A stretch of 64,000 nt of DNA from the NCBI RefSeq assembly GCF_009914755.1, contig NC_060926.1; one strand, given 5' to 3'. Numbering within the stretch: the first letter of the stretch is position 1; each line of letters begins with the position of its first letter. Below are positions 13,146 through 25,608 of the stretch, piece after piece. The notes under the pieces are model-generated. The model was not told where the DNA came from. It saw nothing but the letters and a program-made list of their open reading frames with translations, and ran no database searches. The translations under genes and the position numbers were made by a program. This DNA comes from the human T2T-CHM13v2.0 reference genome, Homo sapiens.

Positions 13146-14436
13146 GTATTAATTCTAGCAAATGGTACCAGAAAGGAAAATGTAACTGAAATATAACTAA
13201 CACATCATTTGGGTTAGCGATATACAATATTTACATGGTCAAAATAACATAAACATTATTTTATTTATATTGTTGATTTAAAATAAATTTTTACCTATTT
13301 TAAATTAAAATTAAATTTAAAACAAAATATTAGGATCAAAGTAAATACATAAAATTGATTTAAATTATACATACATTTTTCTTTATAATACTCCTGATTT
13401 AATTGAAAGCTTTGTTATAACTGTATTGAGATGCTTGTGGGAGAGGAAGTGTGTGCAGGTGTGAGTGTGTTCAAGTTTGTATGAGAGTATAAAGGCTCTA
13501 AGAGACTTAAATCTTACATTAGTAGGAAGTCAGCAGGTAATGTCTACATTGGTAAATCAAAAATAGCCCCTAATGTATTATTCATCAATATGGTAATAAA
13601 TACCAGCAATGACAGTTAAACAGTTGAGAGCAGTTTTCTCTGGAAAACGTGACAATAGGCCTGGAGTGGGAATTTGCTGCTTTTTATCATAAGTCTTGTA
13701 TGACTATCTGACTTTTTAAATTATGTACATGATGACTTGCTTTTATTGAAAAAACAAGAGAGACTGAAGGATGCCTCAAAATCTGAACAGTGGCTACTTT
13801 GAGGTATAGGAATAATTTTTTTCTATTGTTATGCTGCATTTTTCAAGTATATATTATTTTGTATTTAAAAATAATATATATTAATATTTTAAAATATTTT
13901 AAACAAATAAGGAGATAACATGACCATACGTGTCTGCTGCACACACACCTATACACATGTGTGCATATGTAAAAGCACATATACATATACACACATATAG
14001 ACACATAAGTTTATCTCTTATATACAAGCACTTTAGATGTTTCCCCTATCATCTGGCTTGATGTTCATTAAAACAAATTTGAAACTTAGGAATATTTGTC
14101 CAAATAACTCCATTTTCTTTGCACACTTTCTCCTGGCATTCCAAGATGTATGCAAAAGGAAGGCTGTTAGAGGCAGGTGGCCCTCCTGGGAGAGATGCCC
14201 CATCCCTCACTGTGGCCCAACTCTCAGCTGGACTAATAGTGGCCAATTGTGAATTGTCTCTCCTCCCCCTGTCACCTCACTAAGACATGCACTTCAAAGA
14301 CTCTTTGGTACATTTTACAGCCTAAAGCAGGTTGGACAGGAGGGAAGAACTGGAAATCAAAACCTTCTAAATGAGCCCCTTATGAGTCAAATTCAAATGT
14401 ACTTTAAAGGCTCAAATGATAGATAATCGGTTGATG

Positions 14437-14480
<44 letters not shown>
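14437..14480 (+). repeat. (GATA)11 tetranucleotide STR
   Basis: 11 perfect GATA units counted. Confidence 0.97.
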
Positions 14481-14482
<2 letters not shown>

Positions 14483-14962
14483 AAGAAATAGATGGGTAGG
14501 GATAACTAGAGATAAAAAGATATCAGTATGACCCCTTTTTCCCAAGAACTGATTCCATATATGTTTTCTACTGCTCTGGGTCAATACAGAAGGCCTATGG
14601 CTTCTATTCTCCTTCCAAATATGTCTCTGGCTATTCATGGCAGATACTGATCATTTTACTGAGATGCTGAGCAACCTGCCCAGAGATGAGTGGGGCAGGG
14701 TAGGGTGGTGATGAGTGGTTTAGGGGTTGGTTTCAACAATCACTGTTGCCAAAATTAGTCATCCACACTCCCTGGTTCTGGGGCAGAGTAGGCACTGTGG
14801 GTAGAGTATTACACACATCACCCGCTATGAAATGGGTTGTTTGGATTGGTACCCATCATACACACATATCTCCCAGCATCATCCAGACTAGCATGCATAG
14901 GAATCAGAGAAAGGTATCACAAAACCACTGGAAGAAAGCTCAGTGATAAGGTCTTTCACATT

Positions 14963-15180
14963 CTAGTGTGTGGTTCAGAGCACATACTCTGGTTGTCTTA
15001 GCATGAATCCAGTGCTTCCTTTATTAGATGAACAATCTTTGTTGTATTAGGTAAGTTCAGTTTCCTCATTTATAGAACTTGCCTAATGGCATTGATTGAG
15101 GATTGGATGAACAAGTGTATCCAAGGTGCACAAACAGCACTTGACACATGAGAAATATTCAATGAGTGATTGTTATTATT
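14963..15180 (+). mobile_element. MIR
   Basis: gtggttcagagcacatactctgg...cagtttcctcatttataga...gaggattggatga. Confidence 0.7.
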
Positions 15181-15254
15181 TTACATTATCCTTTGTATAA
15201 ATCTATTTAGTCGTCAGAGTTGTCATAAATGCGCAAGCTCAGCATGAAAGGCCT

Positions 15255-16145
15255 GAGATGTAGGCAATGAAGGTATTATTACCATCTCCATTTGACAGAT
15301 GAGGAGTCAGAGGCTCATACCAGTAAAGGAGTTGCTTGGCTTAGCACACCGTAGAGCCAGAACTTGACCCCAGAGCTTCCAAGCCACACTTTTCCTGAAG
15401 CTGAAGAGGCACCTCTACTCCAACTTAACATGTCATGATATTCCTATCAAAACTTCTACTGATCCATGTGAAATTAAAATCACTAAGGATCTTTCCATTG
15501 ACCAAGTTCCAGTCTTCTGACAAGCCTGAGTGTTGGGATTATGGCCCAAAAGCAGGTAAGCTGAAGTTGGGTCTAGCTCTGTCACTGTGGCCTTGGGCAA
15601 GCAACCTACCCTCTCTGGTCCTCGAGTTCCTAATCTGTAAGGTAGGAGAGTTAGACTCAAAGTCCCTAGATCATGGTTAAGACTCCCTAGATAATGGTTA
15701 ATCAGCTCTGAAATTCATGATTCTTTAACTTCTTTTTCCTCCTTTAAACAAGTTGGCCTTTGAAGGACAGAGATGCCCAGAATATATATCATCAAACCTA
15801 AGCAGTTGTTGTACCCTTTTACAGGCAGCAGAGTAGGGAGTAGGGAGCTAATAACCAAATAGGATCAATGGCTATCCCTGGAAAGCACTGTGGATTTTCC
15901 GTTCAGAAAACCAAAACCCCAACAGCAAGATAGCATCTATTCCTAAACCTGAAGAGTTTTCCTATTCAATATGAGAGAATCTGAAAGGAACTTAGGAATC
16001 AATCCAATCTCCTTTCACAGACCAGAGAACTGAGACAATGAGAATTTCATGCCTCACCCAAGATGACATAGTTAATTAACTACAGAGATGTGACTGGAAC
16101 CCAAGGCTCCAGGCTCCTCTTCCGTGTTGCTTCCACTATATTGTG
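15255..16145. mobile_element. Cluster of MIR/MIR3 fragments in both orientations
   Basis: ccatttgacagatgaggag (minus, ~15290); ccttgggcaagcaacc (plus, ~15590); cccaagatgacatag...ctggaacccaagg (minus, ~16060). Confidence 0.65.
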
Positions 16146-17338
16146 CTTCATCCTCCAGGTTTAGAAAATCTGCATCAATGGTTCAGATGTCTCCTTGCCA
16201 GGAGACAAGCCATATTGGGATCAAAGCACATCTGTGAAGCTAATGACAGTCTAATTCACTATTGGCAGAAACATGGGAGATTTAGGGAGAAAATTGCAAC
16301 AGACCGTTACAGACCATTCTGCAGCACATTGCTGAAAACGGAAAACACCTCTTAGATCACAAAGCATCATTGAGAAGGGGAGCCAAAAATCCCTGCTCAT
16401 TTCACATTCGGCTCCTTCGGATGGTTGGTGGGTCCCCCAAACCAGCATGCTCCAAACGCACATCTGCTTCCATGCTGGAGAAACAAGAATCAGAGCTCTA
16501 CTGAACTCACAATAAATTTATTTTTTCAAAAGCAGAGTTAAGAGCTTAACTGGATAAACAAAAAAAAAAAAAAGGAAAATCAAGTGAGTATGACGCAATC
16601 AGCCCCTTTGTGTTCCAAAAAACAGCCAAGGTCCCTGACATCTAGATAGCTATCTTTCCAGACTTTTCCCAGCCTTGCCAGCTGTCATTTGAGTTTAAAC
16701 TCACTTCCTACAAAGGAAAAACGCACCACTATTTCTCTTTCATTGACTGAATAAATCTTCACTGAGCACTTTCTAGATGTCAAGAGTGTGATAAATCATC
16801 TCAGGGGCTAATTTCATTGCAATTCTAGCTTCTAGACTAATTATCAAAGCCCCCAAAGACCTACTGACCAACAATAAACAATTCAGGTGTGGTGTCCAAC
16901 AGCCCCAAGGGCCAAACCCGAAACTTCCCTCCCCCTTCCTGGTTACAATACTTTATCCTCAGAGTATTAAAGACCACATAGTATATATTTTCCTTTAAAA
17001 CACCATCATCTGAATTGGATACACACGCACACACACAGTGTGAAATTTTTAAAAAGTTATGCATATATATATATAAATTTATATATATACTCACACAAAA
17101 TTAAAAATTAAAAAAATTAAAAATTTCAATTTCAGGTACTTCTTTTTAGTTAACTTTTATTATGAGAATTTCAAACACAACAGTAGATAGAATAGTATAA
17201 TAAAACCCCACATATCTATCATCCAGATTTGACAATGATTAACATTATTCTCTTGTTGTTTCTTCTATTTCCCTCTTATTTTACAAAAAAAAAAAAAAAA
17301 AAAAAAAAGGCAAGCATTTCTTAATGATGCCATAATCT

Positions 17339-17468
17339 AGGGTAACCATATGTTTCCATTTGCCTGGGATAATACTTCTTTGTATTAACTAATACCTATT
17401 AACTAATTTTATAGCCCCTTTTGTTTTTAAAAATGACCTGGTTTGTATAATAAATTCTGTGGTCACTT
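17339..17468. mobile_element. MER94-like hAT-Blackjack MITE
   Basis: Termini agggtaaccatatg ... ataaattctgtggtcactt. Confidence 0.7.
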
Positions 17469-17519
17469 CACCTATAGCCGATATTACTAGTCTAAGGCAC
17501 TGAAAAAAAGGTGATGTCT

Positions 17520-17950
17520 TATACTGTTTGTCATTACTCAGTACTATCCTGCTCTTCTAGGCTCTTCTCTGAACCTCAAGAACGGAAAGCCCGAGTACTA
17601 CAATTCACAGATTCCCTGGCTAAATTCCACCATTGAAAGAAATTGACGTAAGCTTTGGAAGACAAAAGAGAAGAAAAGCATCTTCTCCAGCTTCAGCAGA
17701 CACATAAGCCTTGGAAGCTAGCAGACAGCAGATGTGGACTTTTGCCCATGATTTACAAGGCTACAGGCAGCCCAGACCATAGCTGGTGGTTTCCAGCAAT
17801 CTCTGAAATTTACATTTCTTGAAAGCATTCTCACCTTTGGTCTCCAGACTCCAATCTTTACATAGACCTCCAATTCCCCACATGAAACCTCTTCCATCTT
17901 GAAATACTTAAAATGTCTTCCATTTTCCTAACTAAATACTGACTAGAACA
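17520..17950 (+). mobile_element. ERVL LTR (LTR33-like)
   Basis: End gaaatacttaaaatgtcttccattttcctaactaaatactgactagaaca; internal attccctggctaaattccacca. Confidence 0.5.
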
Positions 17951-18019
17951 GTGACAAAGTGAATCCCCACTTTTCAGGTTTGCTTTGGCTCTGAGTATTG
18001 CCTGCAGGAGCTCTGCAGC

Positions 18020-18485
18020 AAGCAAGGCCCTCCACGTTCTCAGCTCCATCCATACTCCAGCCCCAACTCCTGCCACTCTAGCCACATCAAGAGCTGATAG
18101 CTTACCAGAACGTCACATTAGGTCTCATTTCCATGTCTTCTCTCATTCTGCCTTATAATTCCTTCTTCCTCTTACTCTCCCTTGGCTAACTCATGCTGCT
18201 TGTACAAAGCGCTACAAAAAGCTTCCTTCCTTCTCAATGAAGTTTTCTCTGACCTTTCCCCACACTGTTTGTGTGTCCCCACTCTGTGTTCCCACAGCAA
18301 TCCAATATCTCTATCACTGGACTCATCACAGCCTATTTATGTTTTTAAATGTAGGCTTACATATGCTAATGTATGTATGTTCTCCTTGGGTGAGGAAACC
18401 TTGTTCTCTATCCCCAGTACCTAACACAGAGTAGAAGGCACGTAGTAGAAATTCACAGAATACTTGGTAAATAAACAAGTGAAAG
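18020..18485 (+). mobile_element. L2 LINE 3' part
   Basis: tatccccagtacctaacacag...gcacgtagtag...aatacttggtaaataaacaagtgaa. Confidence 0.75.
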
Positions 18486-18583
18486 AGCAATTCCTCACCA
18501 GCTTCAGCAGCTTAAGGATAAAGAATCTTGCATCTAAAGAGGACAAGGTCATCTCAGCATTTGACACTATGTTCAGGTCTAGA

Positions 18584-18793
18584 CCTGCACTGCCTAATAC
18601 ACAGTGGTCACTATCCCCATGTGGCTACTTAAATTTAAATTTAAATTAATTAACTAAAATTAAATGAAATTTAAAATTTAATTTCTCAATTACATTGGCC
18701 ACATTTTAAGTGCTTAACAGCCACAGATGGCTAATGGCTGCCATATTGGGCAGCCCATTTCCATCATTGCAAAATGTTCTACTGGACTGTGAT
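18584..18793. mobile_element. MER3 hAT-Charlie MITE
   Basis: catgtggctacttaaatttaaatt...gccacattttaagtgcttaacagccaca. Confidence 0.85.
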
Positions 18794-19068
18794 GGTTTCT
18801 AAAATTAGCAGAACAGAAGAAACACTTTCCAAGGCAGAGCTAGTAAAAGTTCTCTCATCTGCATACATGCGTAGATGATACATTTTTACAGCTAACTCAG
18901 AGACAAAATGACCAGCCAGAAGACTCAGAGACAAACACTAAGGAAGTGGGTTCTAGCAAGGGAATAAGAATCTCAATGCTAGCTAACTTTTTTTGGGCAG
19001 TTAGTGTGTAAAAACCCTTGTAATAAGTACTTCACACATACCTTATTTAAGAAGAATATAAGTAAATA

Positions 19069-19399
19069 CTGATCTGCTATCCCTTATCTACAATTCCAAA
19101 ATCCAAAAAGCCCTGAAAACCATTTACTTTTTAGATAAGTTTTGCCACAAACTCACTTGGCAGTAAAATCTGACCTGAATTTGAATTGCTGTGAGCCTAT
19201 TCCTAATCTTTATTTAGCATGAATTGTCATTTTGCTGCAGAAATATTAATAGGTTACAGGATACCACCCAGACCTCACCTTTGCTGGTAGTTTAATGTAA
19301 AATAGGGCATATGTGCTATTTCATTTTTCTAAAATCTGAAAGAATCTCAATTCTAAAATACATTTTGCCCTAAGTGTTCGGAAAGCAATTTTGGACCTG
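19069..19399. mobile_element. MER46C (TcMar-Tigger) inserted in a minus-strand MIR (~18975-19550)
   Basis: atcccttatctacaattccaaaatccaaaaagc ... ttggacctg flanked by TA; MIR resumes after 19405. Confidence 0.8.
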
Positions 19400-21926
19400 T
19401 ATTTTTATTTTCTTATTTTACAAATGAAAATACAAAACTCGGAGAAGTGAAGGTATTTGCCCCAATTCACAGAGACAGTAAGGGAGAAGCAGGGGTTCTA
19501 ACCCATCTATGCCCAAAGCCCAGCCCTTAACCACTAATTAACACTGCCTCTCTCAGCTACAAATGCAACCAGTGTGCCTCTGCTACAAATGTATAGCAAA
19601 GGCCCAGCCACCAATTCTGGAATTAGGGTAAAAACTACACATTCCAGAGAGTACCTCAGGACCCTAACCAGGCCCTATAACCACAACCGAAACTGACTGA
19701 ATTAGAGTCACCATTTGCCCAGCACAAATGGAGGCAATGTGGGTTTAGTATTTGTGGTATTTCAAAGGAAAATGAATCCCGATATCAAGTTCTCCAATAC
19801 ATTGCAGTAATTAACATTTTCAGAATCTAGCTATTTAATTTAAAACACCTCAGGATAGGGGATCCTCAATAAAAGCGAAACAAAGGGAAAATTCCCCATC
19901 CGGAGAAGCACTGCTTTCTTAATCACAGCTGAGAGCAAAGGCTCCCTCGTGCTGAAAGAGGCCAACCCAGTTTCCTTTTTCATGATCCTGCTAAAAAAGA
20001 GGATGCTAGGGAAACCCTCAGGGATCCCTAGAGGCCTGGCTGTCAGCTTCCAGAGGGCAAACTCTGAGGGCCCATCAAACCACTGGCATGAATCAGTAGC
20101 CACGCCAGTGGCATGGCTCATAGGCAGATCAATGATCAACAATCCAGGATCCAGGCATCCTTGGGTTTTGTTAAGAAATCACTATAAACCTGGGGAAGAA
20201 CACCAGTGACTTCAGCAATATAATGCAGCATGGGTAACTCTCTATTTGGAAATGTTTAATTAGTTAATGAGTTTGGGGAGCAGCTCTTCTTAGGGATAAT
20301 TAGTTAAGGTTTAACATATGAGACTGCAGAAAATTCTCATTAGTAGGAGTCAGCAGATTTCCCTTCTCTTTGATGGCCAATCAGAAGCCCTTATAGTGTG
20401 CCTACGAAGTGCCCTCCTCAATGCTCACTTTAGCAGTATGTTTCCAAATTCTTAGCCGATTAGACTCTGAGACAAAATGGGGACTAAAAACCCTTGCAAT
20501 GGGGTTTAATGCATGAACCTAGGTAGGGGCTGGTTTTGGCTGAACTGTCTGGGACTTAAACTCCCTTTTCACAACTTACATCTTGGGCTCCCAGTGATGA
20601 GCGCACAGTAGATTGGTACTCCTTGACACCTACTGCTGTAAAAGCATTAGAGAAAATTGTTGATCCACACTTATCATAGAACAAAGGAAATATGCCCCTG
20701 TGGCCTGGACAAAGAGAAAGGCTGCCTGATTCTCATTTAACCAGGTTGGTGCCATAATTCCAGGAAAAGATCCAAAAGCAATTGCTGCCGCCTCACACCA
20801 TCTGGAATGTCCTTTACCCCAAAAAAGCATCAGGAAGACTCACAAATCACTCATATACATGCCCTTGGGTGCTCTGCAGAGGGAAATGACTTCAAAAGAT
20901 TAGATCAGCTGATACTTCAGAAAGCCATTTGTTCCAGATAAATGCAAATTATCTACCCCACACAAAAGGTTCAGACTCAGACATGAAGATAATGACCATG
21001 GTTAACTCCAAGGAAAGAAGCTGTATCTCTCACCTGTAAGGACTATCCTCTTAAGGTCAATAGAAGTCAGTTCTGCACGATTCTGTACAAGGGCCTGTCT
21101 CAGAAAGCTGCCATCATCAGTGATTCTGCCTGGTGTCAGCCAAAGTGAGAGCCCCAGGAGAGAAAACCAAAGTCACTGCAATGAACTCATGCTTAACTGG
21201 CAATGTCTTATTCTAAGCAAGGCGAAAATTTTTAAACAACACAAAAACTAAGGGATATGTACTTTTAGCCAATAACTAGCTTCTTTTTTCTGTACAAAGT
21301 TTTTGAGCTTCTGACACCATACTGCTAAGATAAGAAAGGAGAGGTTGGAAGATGCTGGGGCTTTGAGGTTCAGATCATGTGGTCTACAGAGTGAGATGTC
21401 CCCCATTTCTATCCTTCCAGACTTCCAAGTAACACCATAGACCCAGGTTGTAAGCTCTTCTGAACCAAAACCAAAAATTTAGAAACATTCAGGCACATAG
21501 TGCTTGCAACTATGGCTTTCAAATGGTGGTGTATAGAATGCCCTGGTGTAGGAGTAAGAATCCACCGAAGGATCATGGCAAGTCTCCCAAGCTCTTCAGG
21601 TCTCAGGTTCTTTATTACATGAGGAGTATGCATGATTAACAACACAAACTTTGCAGCCAGATTTCTTAGGCTCACATCTTGATTTTGTTATTACTTTGTG
21701 ACACTGGACATAGAACAGTGCCTGGTTCATAGGTAACTGCTATATACATGTTGCTATTATTGTTATCAGTAAACTGAGAATGAAAACATTGGTCCTTCCT
21801 ATACTACAGAGAAGTAATAAGGGCAAAACAGAATGAGATGTTTGAAAAACAAGTTCAAAAGAGTGAAGAAATCACTACATAAGCAAATTTCCTATTATGT
21901 TTCTTTTTTATAACACATCCTACTAC

Positions 21927-22100
21927 TATGGTATTTCATTGATTCTAAGACACAGATTTTTTGACATTTTAACATCTCTGAAGTTGTATATACCTGACAA
22001 TTAATGAGGGGACATAATTAATTGGCATTTTATAATTTTTGAATGATACATAAAAATATGTTTTATAATTAATTGTATCTTAAGTTCAATAAAATATGAT
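21927..22100. mobile_element. Old TcMar-Tigger MITE (MamRep434-like)
   Basis: gtatttcattgattctaagac ... tcttaagttcaataaaatatg imperfect terminal inverted repeats. Confidence 0.55.
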
Positions 22101-23340
22101 AGTATATTTCCAATAAATGTGAATCATTTGGTTGTTTCTGGGTTCAGACATCCAATCCTGCTCATAATCATAATTTTACTTTTTCTTCAGATGCGCTTTT
22201 TAAATTTCAAGCTAATTTGGTCTAGGACTACTGGACTCTGAAGCAGAAGGACTGGGATCCAATCCCGATCAAAACAACCACAGGTACAGGCTGGGGGGCA
22301 TGATAAAATAGCAATGACAATAATAACAAAAACTCATTTTATGAAAAACACCTCTGAAAAAGAATAGTTCAAAATAAATTTAAGTATGCATTAGGTGATA
22401 AAAATGGCGTTTTAAATCCTTGGTGAAAGAATGGACCTACCAATCAATAAACTGGTGTACAACAAAAGGCAGCAAATTAAAGGGGGTGGGGAGGGCGCTT
22501 AGAGTTGAAGAACTACCTTACTGCTTACAGCAAAATCAATTTCAGGTGCAGAGGGAAAAAAAGTAAAGGGAACTTCATCTTGCACCTTAAGTACCAGCAC
22601 AGTCACAGGCAGGTAGAGCACTAACCAGGTTCTTGGAGTCCCCAATTCCAGGACTTCACTCTTAGATGGCATTTTTGGACCTCCCTGGGCCGGAGAAGAG
22701 CCCACTGCCATGAAGGATGAGTCCAGGTCGGGCAGCATTCAGCACAAGCTGACTGAAGGGCCCTTGGGCCTTAAGGGAACATCAGTAGTAGTCTGGCAGT
22801 GCTCTTTGTGGCGTAGGGGGCAGGGGCTATGGAGCAGGGCTCCTCTGACTTTGGAAAAGGGAGGAAAGAGCGGGAAAAACTGCGACCTGTGGTGTGAGTG
22901 CCAGCTCAGCCACAGTACAGTAGAACACCAGGTAGACTTCTAAGGTTTTTTACTCGAGTCCCTGATTGCGGCACCTCTGGACCCACCTGGAACCTAGAGA
23001 ACCTCACCACCCTGAAGGGAAGTTCACAGGCCTGGATGGCTTTGCCACCAGTTGATTTTAGAGCCCCAATACAATAATAGCTTGAGACTTCAACACTCCA
23101 CTTGCAGCACTGGACAGATCAGATAGGAAGATTGTCTGGAAAGATGAAATTCAACAAAGAAACATTAGACTTAATCTGCACTATAGGCCAAATGGATCTA
23201 ACAGATATTTACAGAACGTGTCATCCAATGGCTACGGAATACACATTCTTTTCCTCAGCACATGGATCATTTTCAAGGATAGAGTATTATGTTAGGTCAC
23301 AAAACAAGTCTTAAAACATTTAAAAAACTGAAATAATATC

Positions 23341-23679
<339 letters not shown>

Positions 23680-23938
23680 TTAATAACCAGATAAATTTTG
23701 GAAACTACATAAATACATGAAAAACAATATGCTCCTCAGTGACCAGTGGGTGAATGAAGAAATTAAGAAGGAAATTGAAAAAATTATTGAAACAAGTGAT
23801 AATGGAAACACAACATACCAGAACCTATGGGATACAGCAAAAGCAGTACTAAGAGGGAAGCTTATAGCTAAAAGTGCCTAAATCAAAAAAGAGGAAAAAC
23901 TTCAAAGAAACAATCTAATGATGTATCTTAAAAAACTA

Positions 23939-24374
<436 letters not shown>

Positions 24375-24434
24375 TCAAACAAAGCTGACAAATCTTTAGC
24401 CAAACTAAGAAAAAAAAGAGAAGATCCAAATATA

Positions 24435-25056
<622 letters not shown>

Positions 25057-25296
25057 TCAAAAGAATCTTGGAATACAATAGACATTTCTAAGTATGACAA
25101 AAATTCACATATGCCATAAAGAAAAGAGCTACTAAATTTAACTTCATTTATATTTTTACATTTCTGAATGAAAAAAATCAATAGATAAGTAACAATGAAG
25201 GGTGGGGGTGGCAACATTTATGAAAAATAGCTAATTTCCTTATAAGTACATGGTAATTCTACAATTTTCAAAATCCAGCTCAGAAACAAGAAACAA

Positions 25297-25608
25297 GGCC
25301 AGGCACAGGAGCTTGTGCCTGAAATCCCAGCACTTTGGGAAGCCGAGGCGGGAGTAGCACTTGTGGCCAGGAGTTCAAGACCAGACTGGGCAACATAGCA
25401 AGACCCCCATCTCTACAAAAAAATTAAAATATTAGTGAGGATTGTGGTGCACACCTGTGGTCCCAGCTGCCTGGGAGGCTGAGGCAGGAGGATCACTTGA
25501 GTCCAGGAGGTCGAGGCTGCAGTGAGCCATGATTGCACATCCAGCCTGGGCAACAGAGTGAGACTCTGTCTCAAAAAAAAAAAAAAAGAAAGAAAGAAAG
25601 AAAAAAGA
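25297..25608 (+). mobile_element. AluJ with A/GAAA tail
   Basis: ctgggcaacatagcaagacccc, ggtcgaggctgcagtgagccatgatt; TSD agaaacaa. Confidence 0.93.

Larger units (their letters stand above)
10340..13755 (+). mobile_element. HAL1 (half-L1)-like element, fragmented, with nested LTR and Alu
   Basis: ORF 11736-12155 contains L1 ORF1p C-terminal-like LRMALDFSTTT; flanking segments match recalled HAL1 5' and 3' regions; no ORF2 seen. Confidence 0.65.

Noticed and set aside
17066-17089. 24-bp perfect AT palindrome
   Set aside because: Expected by-product of TA repeats
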